64,000 nt of DNA from Octopus vulgaris (Eukaryota), in assembly GCA_951406725.2 (NCBI GenBank), contig OX597831.1, positions 32,674,001-32,738,000 of the forward strand, read 5' to 3'. Under the pieces are notes generated by a model. The model saw only the letters and a program-made list of their open reading frames with translations, was not told the DNA's origin and did no database searches. Made by a program: the position numbers and the translations under genes. Of the stretch, positions 42,409 to 58,335 are shown piece by piece; the stretch's first letter is position 1; each line of letters opens with the position of its first letter.

Positions 42409-42787
42409 CTGATACAGCTGTAAGGAGTGATTTAAAATTATTTCAATTATCTATATTATGATTTTTATAATTGTATTCTTATCTTATATGTATTGAATTA
42501 TAATGTATATATGTATGCTATTAGGGTTCTCATTTTTGTTAAATGAATAAATAATAAAACATTCTAATATCTGAAAGCTGATGAACCAACTAAATTGTTT
42601 CTCTATTTTCTTATTTGTATTATAAATTAGGGGTATAATATTTCTTTACCTTCACCCGTTTAATACAATAAATAAGTTAATTGTATTACAATTAAAAACA
42701 TTTGTGCATTAAGAATTTGGGTATTATACCAACAGTATATTGGATTAATATTATCCCTTAGTGGGTTGGATCCTAACTTACTTGGTG

Positions 42788-42835
<48 letters not shown>

Positions 42836-42859
42836 GTATATATATATTTATCTTCTGTA

Positions 42860-43315
42860 ATAATTACTCAGTTTCTTAATTCTTTGGATCCTCCTGGAAT
42901 TCCTTCTCACAAACTGACATTGAAAAAAGAAGTTCCAATTATGCTTTTGAGAAATCCGGATCCTGCAAAGCCGTGCAACTGATTGTCAGGCAAATGCATC
43001 CACATCTTTGAGAAGCAGCAATCCTCACTAAACAAGGAAATAAATGTGTTTATTCCAAGAATTCCACCGATTCCTGCAGACACGCCTTTTCAATTCAAGA
43101 GACTTCAATTTCCAAGCAGAATTAGTTAATCAATGTCTATTAACAAGCCTCAAGTACAATCACCGAAAATTGTTGGAGTTTACCTCATACAGAAGTGCTT
43201 CTCTGAAGGTCAGCTCTATCTTTGTTGTTCCAGAGATGGAAATGGCAACAGTCTCTTCATATTCACACCAAATGATAAAACCAAGAATATTGTTCAACCT
43301 GCTGCTTTACAGTGA
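42860..43315 (+). pseudogene. Helitron RepHel PIF1-like helicase C-terminal relic
   Basis: FLNSLDPPGIPSHKLTLKKEVPIMLLRN; IPRIP..FKRLQFP; MSINKPQVQS..CFSEGQLYLCCSR..TKNIV. Confidence 0.88.
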
Positions 43316-43512
43316 TCTCCAAATGTCAAAGTGGTGCAAAATACCCCAAATGTGATACTCTGTGATATAAATCTGAGATGCTAGGATACCAATAAATGGT
43401 TTATTATTATTTCTCTCTTTAGTTTTGAGCTGCAGACCCAATTTGCCCTCCACAGGAGCTAGCTTAAAAGTCTGAACAGAATGCGGCTTTTAAGCTAATA
43501 TATAATATAATA

Positions 43513-44354
43513 CAGGGTGTTTAAAAAGTCTCCCTGCAGTGAATCTTTTCATCCTGCGCATGCACAACTTGGTTATGACTGCGTGGGGGGCCGGGTATCA
43601 GCCATTGTCTCTCAGTTATTGTGTACCCTTCAGCGTGTCGACATGCTAACCATTGAAGAACACACGTTTTTAGTTGAAAGGGTGGTTTCGAGCTGGAAAC
43701 AAATACACAGATACTGTGAAACAGAAGTTCAGTGAAACATTTCCAAATACCGTTGTTCCACATCGTGACATTATGCGGGATTTGATAAGAAAATTGAGAA
43801 ACACAGGAGGCTCAGTGGAAGGCGCAGCAAGAAGTGGTAGGCCTACTGTTCTTTCAGACGAAACACTGCAATATTTCTGATAAACTGTTGGCAAGCCCGT
43901 CAAAGTACTTATACAAATTCTCACAGGAAACGGAAATCAGCCTAGGGCGAAATGCTTAGCGGTATTTCGTCTGCCGCTGCGTTCTGAGTTCAAATTCCGC
44001 CGAGGTCGACTTTGCCTTTCATCCTGTCGGGGTCGATTAAATAAGTACCAGTTACGCACTGGGGTCGATATAGTCGACTTAATCCGTTTGTCTGTCCTTG
44101 TTTGTCCCTTCTATGTTTAGCCCCTTGTGGGTAGTAAAGCAATAGGAAATCAGCCTAGGAAGTGCTCACACGGCAGTAAAAAAGAAATTAAATTTTATGT
44201 ATTGAAAATGAAGGACGACACTTTCAACACCTCTTATGAAGCTTTTTTAAAGTCTTGTAAAGTCTAATATATTCTTTTGAAGTCTTATACCATCTTATAA
44301 ATATTTATTTTACAATAAAATTCTTAGTGCGGAGAGACGTTTTTGAACACCCTG
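43513..44354 (+). mobile_element. Internally deleted Tc1/mariner-superfamily element
   Basis: TIRs CAGGGTGTTTAAAAAGTCTC / GAGACGTTTTTGAACACCCTG with TA TSD; N-terminal HTH relic KFSETFP..IRKLRNTGGSVEGAARSGRP. Confidence 0.85.
43947..44146 (+). mobile_element. 5'-truncated SINE family A with 15-bp TSD
   Basis: GGAAATCAGCCTAGG at 43932-43946 and 44145-44159. Confidence 0.88.
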
Positions 44355-44814
44355 TATAATATAATACAATATAATATAATATAATATAATATAATATAAT
44401 ATAATATAATATAATATAATATGATATTATATAATATAAGGTGGCAAGCTGGCAGACTCGTTAGCGAGCCCGGCGTAATGCTTAGCGGTATTTCATTCGT
44501 CCTTACTTCACTTTTTTACTATACGATGCGGATAAGAATGGATCTTGGTATAAAAATTAAATGGTGACAGCAACTGACGTGTTCCAGTCTTATAAAACCT
44601 CCTTAGCTAAGACTGAACCACGGAGCTCTTAGAAAGCGTTTTTAGACATCATTCAATATGATTAAATACGTTGACTTTTAAACAAACGAGAGTTATGGAA
44701 GCTGGTTAGAAACGAAATAGCACGGAACGAGTTCTGGATCTTGTAAAAGAGTGGAAGAGAGATTCCATAGAAACAGCAACAGCAATAACAACATTAGCAG
44801 TGACACAACCACCA

Positions 44815-44985
44815 GCACCACCATCAAAACCAGAGGGCGCACACTCTCCTACCCTGATGTAATCTCCAGGGATACAGGCATCCAGCAACAGGACCTCCGT
44901 AATGCCATGATGGACCGTGAAGTCTGGCGTAGCATGGTAAATTCCATTGTCTCGACCACGGTCGAACAATGATGATGATGATGAT
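44815..44985 (+). mobile_element. RTE-type LINE 3' end with (TGA)n tail
   Basis: RGRTLSYPDVISRDTG..LRNAMMDREVWRSMV..* followed by TGATGATGA. Confidence 0.75.
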
Positions 44986-45371
44986 CACAACCACTACCAC
45001 CATCACCACCGCCGCCGCCGCCGCCGCCGCCACCACCACCACCACCACCACCACCACCACCACCTCCATCATCATCACCACTATCACTATCCCCCGCCTC
45101 CTCCTCCTCCCCACTCATCATCCTCATCATCACTACCTTTTCTTTTTTGACTTCTCTACTTCTTTCTGGTTCTTCAAATTCTTTTCTTTCTTTTTTCCTT
45201 CTTTCCTTCAGTCGCATTTCCGTTTTTCCTTCTTTCTTCTTTCCCTCCTTCGCCATTCTTTTTTTCTTCTTCTCTCTCCTCCTCTTCTTTTTACCTATCG
45301 GCAATTCAGGTGGATTGTAGTTATTTGGTAGAACTCTGCTGCACAGGCGTGGAAATATTGGTGAAGTCTTT

Positions 45372-45403
<32 letters not shown>

Positions 45404-45525
45404 TTGTTGTTGTTGTTGTTGTTATTGAGGATGTTAATAATGGTAGTAGTGGTGGTGGTAGTGGTGATGACGATGATGACGTTGATTGTATTAGTCATAG
45501 CTATAATATTGATGATAATGATGCC

Positions 45526-45566
<41 letters not shown>

Positions 45567-46281
45567 CGGCGACGACGACGACGATTATGATGATGATAAT
45601 GATGACGACGACGATGATGATGATGATTACAAAAACAGCAACAATTTTAAGATCGATTCATTTGTCCAAAAAGAAATTCCTGAAGGCGCTGCCCCAGCAT
45701 GGCCGCAGTCTAATGTTTGAAACAAGCAAAAATTAAGAGAGATAAGATAATCCCTCCACTTATGCATGTAGAGGCCTTGGCAAGATTTTCGAGGAAGATT
45801 AGCAGATGAATGCAAATCTCTCTCATTTACCACCAATGTTTGTCTGAGAGGAAAAGCCTCCAGTTTGGGCTGATAAAGTTTAGTACCAGTGTCATCACAA
45901 GCGTTGCTGTTAGAAAGTAAAAGGCCAGAACAGATGCCCTAAAGTGCTTCCTCAGCCCCTTACCATTTCCAGCATTCAGTTGCCTTACATTTGTACTCTT
46001 TGACTGATTCCCCCCAAAGAATGAAAGATATTCTGACATCGGTGGGTTTTGAACTCACAGAGCAGAAAGACGGAACAAGCACCGTGGCTCAGTCAATCTA
46101 ACGTTTTAACCAGTCTGCCAGTTCGCCATTTTTGTAACTATCGTACAATTTGGAATATTTGAATTTAGTGCTTACCAACATGGAACTAGATTCTTTGCTT
46201 TTTCCTTCTCGTCCTTGCACCAACGAATGCCCCCTAGTGACTTCCTTGGCACGCACTTGTCCCAATCATTTACCTTTCCCT

Positions 46282-46499
46282 TGTTTCAGTCATGTGACTG
46301 CGGCCATGCTGTGGCACCGCCTTGAAGAATCTTAAGTCCAATTACCTGATAACAGAACTTATTTTTCTTTTTCGATGTTGTTGTTGTTGTTGTTGTTGTT
46401 GTTCTTCTTCTTCTTCTTCTTCTTCTTCTTCTTCTTCTTCTTCTTCTCCTTCTCCTCCTCCTCCTCCTCCTCCTCCTCCTCCTCCTCCTTCTTCTTCTT

Positions 46500-46530
<31 letters not shown>

Positions 46531-46545
46531 TTATTATTCTTATTC

Positions 46546-46579
<34 letters not shown>

Positions 46580-46993
46580 CCACGGGCATATGGATTAGTG
46601 GTTAAGAGCACGGGGTATTAACCCCAAGATTCCGAGTTCGATTCCAGGCAGAAACCTGAATAATCATTTTTTCTGTTTTAAAGCCTTGTACTTATTCTAC
46701 GGTTCTGTTTTGCCGAACCGTGAGATTACGAGAAAGTAAACACACCAACACCTGTTTTCAAGCGGTGGTACTGGACAAACAGACACACAACATGCATTTG
46801 TTCCTGTGTGTGTGTGTGTTTGTGTGTATGACGTGCTTCTTTCAGTTTCCGTCTACCAAATCCAATCACAAGGCTTTGGTCGGCCCGAGGCTATAGTAGA
46901 AGACACTTGCCCAATGTGCCACGCTATAGGACTGAACCCGGAACCGCGTGTGATTCGGAAGCAAACTTCTTACCTCACAGCTACACCTGCGCC
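46282..46993 (-). mobile_element. SINE family C copy interrupted by trinucleotide tracts and a tRNA-like SINE head (46585-46630, +)
   Basis: tgactgcggccatgctg..ggctatagtagaagacacttgccc..ggactgaacccggaacc. Confidence 0.7.
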
Positions 46994-47424
46994 TTTGATC
47001 AGTGTTAGGCAGTCTTCTCTACTAATATCTGATGTAAATGGCCGTTGGCTGGTTGGCTGGTTGGCTAGTTGGCCGGTTGGTTGGTGGCTCAAGTCACATT
47101 TTACATCGCACAGAGAGAAAATAAAAGAGAGATATATAGAGAGAATCAACATGGGGTGGTGTACTAGGTGTGAGTACTAGGTTTGGTGGCTGGAAATGAG
47201 TAAAAGAACGCTACGCACAGTATGAAAGAATCGTAGACATAGAAAGAGAAGGAAAGAGAGGAAAAGAAAAGGAAATAAATAAATGATAGTGTAGTTATGA
47301 GAAGAATTATATAAATGAGAAAATTCTTTTAATTTTATTTTAAGGTAACGAAGAATTTTTCTTTTCGCCATTAATATTCATTTCATTATTTTGTATAGGC
47401 ACCAAGAAATTTGATAAAAGTTAA

Positions 47425-47882
47425 ATTGGAGACCTTCTTCGGTCATGAATGACCATGGGATTGCACCTAGAAAGTTACCTCCCGAGGCACAAGTCCGGGC
47501 AATGTTGTTTTTATGGAAGGCTAGTAGTCGTCCATGTATACGAGTCTCCCTTCTCCACACTACTGATGTTATCCAAGGGAAAGGCAAAAGGGCCGATACA
47601 GCTTGGCACCAGTGATGTCGCAACTAATTTCTACAGCTGAGTGAACTGGAGCAACGTGAAATAAACAGTTTGCTTAAGAACACAACACGCAGCGCGGTCC
47701 GCGAATCGAACTCACAACCAGCCAGCCTTGTGTCATACCTCTGTGTCACTTTGAACTCCTCCCCTCCCCTGAGGGTACGCATGTCTGTGGAGTGCTCAGC
47801 CACTTGCGCATTAACTTCACGAGCAGTCTGTTGTGCTGATTTGATCGAATAGAACCCTCGCCGTTGTAATCGATGGAGCGCC
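47425..47882. mobile_element. SINE fragments (minus-strand copy, then a family B tail on +)
   Basis: gagtgaactggagcaacgtgaaataa..aacacaacacgc..gaatcgaactc; gtctgtggagtgctcagccac. Confidence 0.6.
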
Positions 47883-48024
47883 GGTTATTGTTCTGAGTGT
47901 ATCCTATGAAATTATTGTAAGCCATATTTCTTGATATTACTCCTGGTAGCAAAAGTATATTTCGAAAGGTACCCATCATACGACAGGTAACACTGTGGCA
48001 TTGTAATAACAGCCAAAAGCGTCG

Positions 48025-48640
48025 GTCTGCCAGAATCGTTAGGACTTTGGCAAAAATTATTTGTAATATTCCTTCTTGTTCTTCACGTTCTGCTTTCAAA
48101 TCCCACCGAGGTCATCCTCGTCTTTCATTCCCCTGGTATCAATAAATAAAGTTCCAATCACGTACTGGAATCGATAGTATTGATTAATCCGTCATGAAAA
48201 TTGCTGGTTTTATTGTTAAATCATTTTCTATTGTAGACAAGAAATATAGAATTTGTGGTAGGGGTCAGTTGATTACATCGGCCATAGCAGTTGACTGGTA
48301 CTTATTTTATCAACCCCGAAAGGCAAAGTGGATCCCAGCGGAATTTGAACTGAGAACGTAAAGTCTGAAGCAATGTTGCTAAGCATTTTGCCGAGCGTGG
48401 TAACGATTCTGGCAACTTGCTGCCTTTTCCGTATTCATAAAAGAAAACAAAAAAAGTATCAATAGAATGACAAGGACGATTAGCTGACAGAAACGTTAGA
48501 AGCGTTGGACAAAATGCTTTGCGGTGTTGCTCCGATTCTTTACGTTTTTTGGTTCAAGTCACGCGAAGATCATCTTTACCATTTTATTGTCCGTTGTCGA
48601 TAAAACACAGTACCATACATATACTGGAACCTATATAATC
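48025..48640. mobile_element. Three old SINE family A copies in alternating orientation (+,-,+)
   Basis: Degenerate matches to family A motifs. Confidence 0.6.
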
Positions 48641-50064
48641 AACAATTCTGGTAAAGGACCTACGTAAAAATACTATTATAATGCAAACTTTTCACCAGGT
48701 GAAATATGCTTGAGGTATATCCGAACCCGTAAGAAAACAATTCTCTGTATTTTATCATAGATAAAATTTCTAGCTTTAGACAAATCGGTGTAAATACTCC
48801 GAGTCAGTCCGGATAAGGATCCACTGCTTGGATTTGAACATATAATTTAGTGTTTCAAGGGACTTTCATTCTACAACGATCGGAAATACATAGTTTCGCT
48901 TCCCAACGTTCGAAGTAATGACAGGAACTTAATCTTTTATTCAACCATAAGAGGGATCGTAGAGGCTTCTTCCTTGTAAGATTGACTGTAAACGTCTATA
49001 ATATATAGGGACAGCGTACCATTGAAAGAAGAGGAAAAAACCTAACGAATGTTTCAGGGAATACTAGACTGTCTCGTCGCTTCGGCGAATGAGGGGTGAG
49101 CAAGACACAGCTGCACAATGTCCTTAGCTCACTGAAGTAAGAAAGTCTGATGGTGCTAATGTCTTGGTTTGCTGAACATGCACAATAAATATTATAACAG
49201 TGGGCATGGTTTGTGCAGAGCCAGTCTCTCTTTCTCGTCCTTCAAACTTGTATTTGTTTGGTGCAACATGTGACGCGATCCCAGTGGTTGTCAAGATGCA
49301 GGACTTGTATGGAGTTACCTTCAATTAGATGAGCAACTAAAGATCTGAAGGCCTCATCTGCCCTGGGTCTGATAGGGTGTCTGTGAGTAATCTTCTTCTG
49401 AAGGTAATCCCGTGATATGGTGATTAACCCAGAGCTGGGATCCTAATAGGTGCTACTAATCTGGGTCAGAGTCGACTTGAAATCAATAGAGCCTAAGAGA
49501 TGGTTGGACACTCCTAAAAGCTCTGAGAACTTTCGGACCTAGGCCCGACTAACGGATACAGTTTGAAGTCATTCCTAAGTCATATTTCAGGAGATGTTTC
49601 AGGGAGTAACTACATCAAAATTGAAAAAAAACTCCATCTCCTGCCAATGGTTAACGGGATAAGCATTTGCCTGTGTCCTTTTTACCCAAGATATTTTGAA
49701 ATAAGTAATAGGACTAGACATATCCGTAAAAGAAGGGTTCGGTTTTACAGTATAGAGATAACAAACGGAAAATCAACGTTGCTACATTGAACGGGAATAG
49801 TTTTGATGCAAGAGGTATCAAAATGATTGTGAAAGTGAAAGTAGGGTAGCCATTTTGAAAGTGCGTTAAGACTTCACTTGACAACAAGAAGATAAATTTT
49901 TAGACAATAAACAAACAGTAAATAAACAAAGTAAAAACAAAAAACAAGCAAAAGGAAAAACAAAGAAAATATATAGAAAAGTGCTTGATTTAAACTGAAG
50001 ATAAACTGGATAGTTAATAATACTAGTGAAAGAAAAAATTTAAAGAAATACACATGTATGTATA

Positions 50065-50172
<108 letters not shown>

Positions 50173-50399
50173 CATATATACACATAGACATATGTATATG
50201 TGTATATAGATACATATGACTACATATACATGTATGTATGCCTGTACACACTCACGCACATACACATATATATATATAAACATACGCACACACATGCTTA
50301 AATAAGATTCAATGAGTGTACAAATAAATAAAATAACATTTTCAATGTCTGCAAAACTTCCTTCAATCTGCAGATTGTGTGTGTTTGCGTGTATGTGTA

Positions 50400-50432
<33 letters not shown>

Positions 50433-50659
50433 GCACATAAGACTATCCATGTATATACTACGTATTTATGTATGTAAGTGCATGTGTGTGTGTGTAAGTG
50501 TATGTATGTGGGTATATATATGTATGTATGTATATATATGTGTGTCTAAGTGTGTATGCGATGAGAGAGAACAAATCAAGCGATCACAGATGCAAAACAA
50601 CAATACAGGGTTTTCTTTCTGTCAACACCGGCGGTGATGGAGGAAAAACAACAAACATA

Positions 50660-50723
<64 letters not shown>

Positions 50724-51191
50724 ACACACACACACACACACACGCAAACACATTTATATACAATCACAAATATATGTATGTATATATATGTATATATATT
50801 ATATGCATATGTTTATATATGTATATATGTATATGTATATATATGTATGTATATGTATATATATGTATATGTATATATGTTTATGCATGTATATATATGT
50901 ATATATATATATATTTATATATATATATATGCGCAGGTAACCGAGTAATCCGTAGTCTTTGGTTATCAGTTAGGGAATTAACGATGTAAGAAAGAATCAA
51001 AGAAAGAAGAATATCCGAAAAAAAAGGGGGGAAAAAGAAAGAAAAAAGAAAAGAAGGAAATAATAGGAAGATAAATGGAAAGTCTGTCGACCATAATTTT
51101 TTGTGTTGGGTCAAAATTAGCCAGAGGTTATATATGTGTGTATGCGTGTGTATGTGTGTATAGATATATGATTGTATGTCTACACATACAC

Positions 51192-51314
<123 letters not shown>

Positions 51315-51450
51315 TATATATGCGTACATATGTATATACATCATACATATATGTGTATAAACACACACACGCATGCACGCACACATATATAAAAGCTTAT
51401 CTACACCTAACTGTATATACATATCTATATCGCTCTCTATATATGCACGT

Positions 51451-51511
<61 letters not shown>

Positions 51512-51644
51512 GCATATATATAAATATATATATATGCATGTGTGTGTGTTTACGTATAAAGTCATATATATGTAATCATATGTTTATATATATTTACATG
51601 CATATACCTATACATACATATGCTTATATATAAGTATATGTACC

Positions 51645-51702
<58 letters not shown>

Positions 51703-51898
51703 TATATACGTATACGTACACAAAGCGTGTATGTGCCTGCAATGTTCATAATATTTTTTTCTTTCAGGAATATTTCACCAAGAACATTGTTAATTGAATA
51801 GTGTTTTCTGAAGAGATGTTTAACTATTGTCGATAAGGGGGATGGGTAGATATATCGATAGCTGTATACACATACATACATACATACATACATGCACA

Positions 51899-51940
<42 letters not shown>

Positions 51941-51981
51941 ACATATATATAACACATATATATATATGTTATATATATATG

Positions 51982-52015
<34 letters not shown>

Positions 52016-52314
52016 CATATATATAACACATATATATATACACGTATATATAAAGGAGAGTGAAAGAGAAGAAAGTATAAGGAATGCGAGTCTCTCCCAC
52101 TCTTAAATCATTTATTCATGTGTCTGTCTACCACATATTCACCATCTCCCTCTCTTTGTCTCTCCATATGCTTACTTCTGTATATATATATATGTATGCG
52201 CGTGTGTGCATGTGTGTGTGTATGTATGTATGTATGTATGTATGTATGTATGTATGTGTGAATGCATATATATATATGTATATATATATGTATATATATA
52301 TATATATGCATATA

Positions 52315-52374
<60 letters not shown>

Positions 52375-52691
52375 TATATATATGCATATATATATATATA
52401 TGCATATAGAGGTACATGCAATAACGGAATTTAGAGCTAGACAAACACATACATACACACACACACACACATATAAACGCGCGCACACGCACGTATGTGT
52501 ATATATAGCGAGAGAGAGAGACAGAGAGAGAGAAAGACTGCGGGGGAGGAGAGAGAGAGAGAGTGCGGTGGAGGAGAGAGAGGGAAAGAGCGAGGAAGAG
52601 AGAGAGACAGAGAGATTATATAGATATAGGCTTAAAAGGGGAAAGTTCGTCGCAGAAACATGAGTTGAACATTTGTGTTCACGTGGGTATT

Positions 52692-52753
<62 letters not shown>

Positions 52754-52834
52754 TGTGTGTGTTTGTGTGTTTGTGTGATGAAGAAAGTAGATGTATTTAT
52801 AAGCGTACTTATGGTAGGATTTTCTATACACACA

Positions 52835-52888
<54 letters not shown>

Positions 52889-52997
52889 CTCTCTCACACA
52901 CACACACACATTGATGCAACCATTTATCTGTTGTATGTGTATGCATATATTCTTAAACATACAAAGCTATATGATTATACATGCATAATATATATGC

Positions 52998-53079
<82 letters not shown>

Positions 53080-53220
53080 TCATATATATATGCGTATATT
53101 TATACACATATACACATAAATATATACATTTTTGCATTAATATGTACATATATACATGCATATATATATTTATATATATATATATATATATACATACATA
53201 CATACATATATGTATGTATG

Positions 53221-53254
<34 letters not shown>

Positions 53255-53628
53255 TGTATGTATGTATGTATGTATGTACACCCACATATGCGGTGCCCTT
53301 CATTCTCTGGCATAGCCAGAAAAAATCATTATCACTGCAGTATTTGATAAACTTATATACACACATCTGCGGCATTTTCATAAATCATGTATATACACCC
53401 CTGCTGCATTTGGTAAAGTTCTATAGGACAGCTGCAATATTTAATAAGTTTGTATACACATAACTGCAACATTTGATAAAGTTATACGCACACGTCTGGT
53501 ATGTTCGATAAACGTTATACATACATCTGTAATCTATATCTATATATAATATTTAATAAATCTATATACGCCTCTCTACGGCATGTCATAAACTTATATA
53601 TGTAAGACTGTTCCATTCAACAAAGTTT

Positions 53629-53687
<59 letters not shown>

Positions 53688-53768
53688 TAGATATTTATAT
53701 AACTTTGTTATTATATATATATATATATATATAGATAGATAGATAGATAGATATTTATATAACTTTGT

Positions 53769-53804
<36 letters not shown>

Positions 53805-53946
53805 GTATGTATATGGATATGTATATGTATATATGTATATATATATATGTGCGTATATATATATATGCTTTTCTGCGATGGCTATTATTTTGTTTAGTCA
53901 TTGCACGATGACCGCTTATAAGCTTTAAGCTTATAAAATTATAAAT

Positions 53947-53990
<44 letters not shown>

Positions 53991-54305
53991 GTGTAGTGTT
54001 TGATAAACCTCTACACACATTTAATAAAGTTATGCATTTGATTTAGTTATTCTCACTTCTGAAGTGTCTGATAGCTTTGTTTCCATTTTTGGTGCATTTC
54101 GCAAAATTCTACACACCACTCCGAATATGTGGGGAGCTTGTATATGCCCCGGTAGTATACGATAGGTTTCTATACACTGCTGTAAATTTTGATAAATATA
54201 TGTACACAAGCACGATGTTCTATATATTTATATACACACTTTATTTATTTGAAAGGGTTGTGTATAGTAATACAATATTTGATTAATTTGCATACACCTG
54301 TAGTA

Positions 54306-54429
<124 letters not shown>

Positions 54430-54604
54430 ATATATATTATATGCTCGAGATGAAGAGTAGATAGACAGCCGACAACATATGACGGGTCCTTTCTCTGTGT
54501 TTACTTGTCCTGTTTTCCATTTTTTCTCGTTGTTTACGTATTTCATGTTATTTGCATCGTTGGTGACGTCCTGTACCCATATATGCATGTATGTACATAT
54601 ATAC

Positions 54605-54658
<54 letters not shown>

Positions 54659-54665
54659 GAATATA

Positions 54666-54890
54666 CGAGGTGGGGATGTGCTAAAAAGTTGCTGGCTTAA
54701 AGGGACTCGCGAAAGGCCTGGCTGAGGGCCCTGTCTTCCGAGTTCTTTTAACAGGGCTTAGAAAAACTGAGGGACCGCTGCAATAAGTGGTGTGAACTTG
54801 AGAGGGCAATATGTTGGGTATAATCATAATTAACTGATTCTCCTATATTTTCTTTTACTGAAAACCAGGAACTTTTCAGTGATCCTTTCT
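54666..54890 (+). mobile_element. Mariner-derived MITE
   Basis: Decayed TIRs (GCTAAAAAGTTGCTGG / CCAGGAACTTTTCAG) and a transposase C-terminal relic TGLEKLRDRCNK..LRGQYV. Confidence 0.6.
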
Positions 54891-55241
54891 ACATTAAGGC
54901 AGCGAGTTAGAATCATTAGCGCGCAGAGCGAAATGCTTAGGAACTTTGCCTTTTATCCATTTGGGGTTGATAAAATTTGTACCACTTGTATACTGGGGTC
55001 CATGATATCGTGTAATCCTCTCCCCCGAAATTGTTGGCCTTGTACCAAAATTTGAAATCAATATATCTATATACACTATTAATTTGATAAAGTTGTATAT
55101 AGCAATGCAATATTTGATAAACTTATATACACCAGTGTCTACCAGTTTGCGTTTACTAAATCTATATACACTCCTGCATTAATTTCATAAATTAATATAC
55201 ACCACTGTGATATTTGATAAATTAATATACACCAATGCACT

Positions 55242-55708
55242 GGCGACAAGCTGGCAGAAACGTTAGCACTCCGGGTGAAATGCTTATCGATATTTCATCT
55301 GCTTTTTTATGTTCTGAGTTCAAATTCCCCTGAGGTCAACTTTGCCTTTCATCTTTTCGGGGTCTATAAAGTAAGTACCAGTTGCGTACTGGAGTAGATG
55401 TAATCGATTACACCCCCTTCCACCAAATTTCGGACCTTGTGTCTAGAGTAGAAAAGAATATAATTTCTTTCTAAATTAATCCGTTTGTCTGTCCTTAATT
55501 GTCCTCTCCGTGTTTAGCCCCTTGTGGCTAGTAAAGAAATAGGTATTTCGTCTGCCGCTACGTTCTGAGTTCAAATTCCGCCGAGGTCTACTTTGCCTTT
55601 CATCCTTTCGGGGTCGATTAAATAAGCATCAGTTACGCAATGGAGTCGATGTAATCGACTTAATCCCTTTGACCCCTCTATGTTTAGCCCCCTGTGGGAA
55701 TAAAGAAA
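55242..55708 (+). mobile_element. Tandem/chimeric SINE family A copies
   Basis: Two GTTCTGAGTTCAAATTCC bodies and repeated TTTAGCCCC..AAAGAAATA tails. Confidence 0.75.
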
Positions 55709-56647
55709 TATACACCAATGCACTGTTTTATAAGTTTATATACACTCTATAGCGAGTTGATTAAGCTGTATACACACCCGAAATATTTAATATATTTATA
55801 TACACCCTGTAGTAATGTGACAAAGTTGTATACATCGGTGCAATATTTGCGGCCATGCTGGGGCACCGGCTTGAAGAATTTTTAGTCGAATGAATCGACC
55901 CCAGTAGTTATTTTTAAAAACCTGGTACCTGTTCTATCGGTTCATTTACCGAACGGCTAAGTTACAGGGACGTAAACACATCAACGCCATTTCTCAAGCG
56001 GTGGTGTGAGACATACAAACATACATACATACATACATACATACATACATACATACATACATACATACATACATACATACATACATACATAAATAGAGAA
56101 GAGAAACGCATATACACACGAGCACACGAGCACATGAGCACACGAGTACAGAGAGACAGACAGACACACACATACACGAGCACAGGCTCACACTCACACA
56201 CACGGGCACGCACATACACATACACACGAGAACAGACACACATATACACACATGAGCAGACACTCACACACGAGCACAGACACACACACACATATATGGG
56301 CACATACATATACACACACATATACACACACACGAGCACAGGCACATACACACACATGAGCACAGACATACACGCACACACGAGCACACACATACACTCA
56401 CTCGAGCACAGACACACACATGCACACACACGAGCATAGACACACACACATACACACACACGAGCACACGCGCACACACACACACACACACACACGAGCA
56501 CACGCATACACATACACACGAGCACAGACACTCACACACGAGCCCAGGCACACACATACACACACACACACACACACACTATAACACATCGTTCAAGTCG
56601 TAAAATTCTTCAACTTTGCTCCATGTTTTTTGGAGAATGGCCTAAAC

Positions 56648-56961
56648 CGGTGGTTCTGAACCGGGATTTATATAAAATTTTTGAGAGCACAACTGAAGAT
56701 TAAATTGAGGATCAGCAATATCATTTTAAGGGCCCCTGAAAAAAATGTTTGCTTTAGGTGTATCTCGTATTGGTATGCATTGCAAGAAAATCCGGGTTTC
56801 TTTCTCTAACATTTTACGTAGTTCAACCCACACAAGTTAATGTGTGAAAAACAAAATAGGAATTTTCTAAGAAGTTTTTAAACATCAAATGGCTATGGGA
56901 TCCACCAGAATGAAATAGCAATCAAAGGGATCCAGGGATAAAACAATGGTTGGGAACCCTG
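56648..56961. mobile_element. hAT/Charlie-like MITE, degenerate
   Basis: CGGTGGTTCTGAACC..GGTTGGGAACCCTG; internal similarity to the reverse of 27578-28381. Confidence 0.6.
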
Positions 56962-56994
56962 GTCTATACAGTCTCTCGGTAGATAATGCCAAGA

Positions 56995-57750
56995 CTGTCA
57001 GGGAGACCATTGTTCTAACTAAACGCCCAACCTAATGAAGAATAGAGACTTCCACCTCGCTGTTGGGGGTGGGGCGTCTTTCGTTGCAAATATCTGTGGC
57101 GCCCACCCACTGGGTTCTCCGCGGACTGTCGACAGCGTCTGTGAATATATTTAGAGAAACATGTAGCAATGTCCACGTGACCGAAGTTCTCAGAGTTTTC
57201 AGCTGTTTCCTTGTTTTGGTCAAGATAGAAACTTATGTTCGGGACCCTCCCGCCAAAATTGAGGACGTCGACTTTTTCGGTGTCGAACAAACTATTATTG
57301 AGATTCACCCAGTTGTGTTGGTTTCCTAGCATTATTTTTGTGTCGTCTGCTTAGACTGTGAGTGTGGTATGTTGTATATTTAAGACTGACAGTATCTATG
57401 AAGAACAACGACAGAGGATCCAGGACTGTGCCTTGCAGTAGAGCAGCTCCAATTTTAGCTTTAGTTTTAGGTCCTCTTGTACTGTTCAGGGCATTGAACA
57501 CCATATAAAAGTAAACATTCCAAGTTGCGATCTTTGTTGTAGCTTTGGCACTCAGAATCGGGCTCTTCGAGATCCTAACTTCCTCTTGGCTGCTCAGATC
57601 CATCGAAAATTTCTCTTGCCATTTCTTTACTGATTTCTGATCTTACTGGGTTGTTTGTTTGGTCCGACGCCCAACCTTCCTGCTTCTTCCTCCGGTCTTG
57701 GAACTTTTTGTATAGATTTCCATATGGAACTAGTCTTCCAGATATATCTT
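56995..57750 (-). pseudogene. Decayed RTE-type LINE 5' region / AP-endonuclease start
   Basis: ATTKIATWNV endonuclease N-terminal motif; remainder degenerate. Confidence 0.5.
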
Positions 57751-58050
57751 GCACAGACACACGCACACACGCGCACACACACGCACATACACACACACTC
57801 ATTCATACATGTATATATATATTAATCAAATAAGGGCGGCTCTTAAGCTAGCTCCTCCGGAGGGCTCTTCATTGGGCCTTGAACCCGACAATGATACTTC
57901 ATGGCACGTATGGGAAAATATGGTGCCTGTTCTCCGTTACTGGAGGTGTGAATCCGCTTATGTCCCTTAACCCCAAAGGTCTCTCAGACATATGCATTCA
58001 AGAACTTTTCTGGTTGGAGTGTGTGTAGAAATATCATATGCATAAGGTTT

Positions 58051-58132
<82 letters not shown>

Positions 58133-58335
58133 GGGGACAACAAATGTTAAGGCAAGGCAAACATCTCAAGTCATGATAGTATGTTGTCAACTTCATGTGA
58201 CAGTCCCATGAAAGGGAAGAATGCTACTGTCATTTAGCCCTAGGAAACACTGTTTCCTGTTGGACTTGACACGTTTCCTGTGCCCTTATGTTTTCAAAGT
58301 GAAGATAAGCACCTTCACCTAGCAAAACCAGCATT

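Noticed and set aside
50935-50990. TCTTTGGTTATC matching the start of miR-9
   Set aside because: Only 12 nt match and no downstream star arm.
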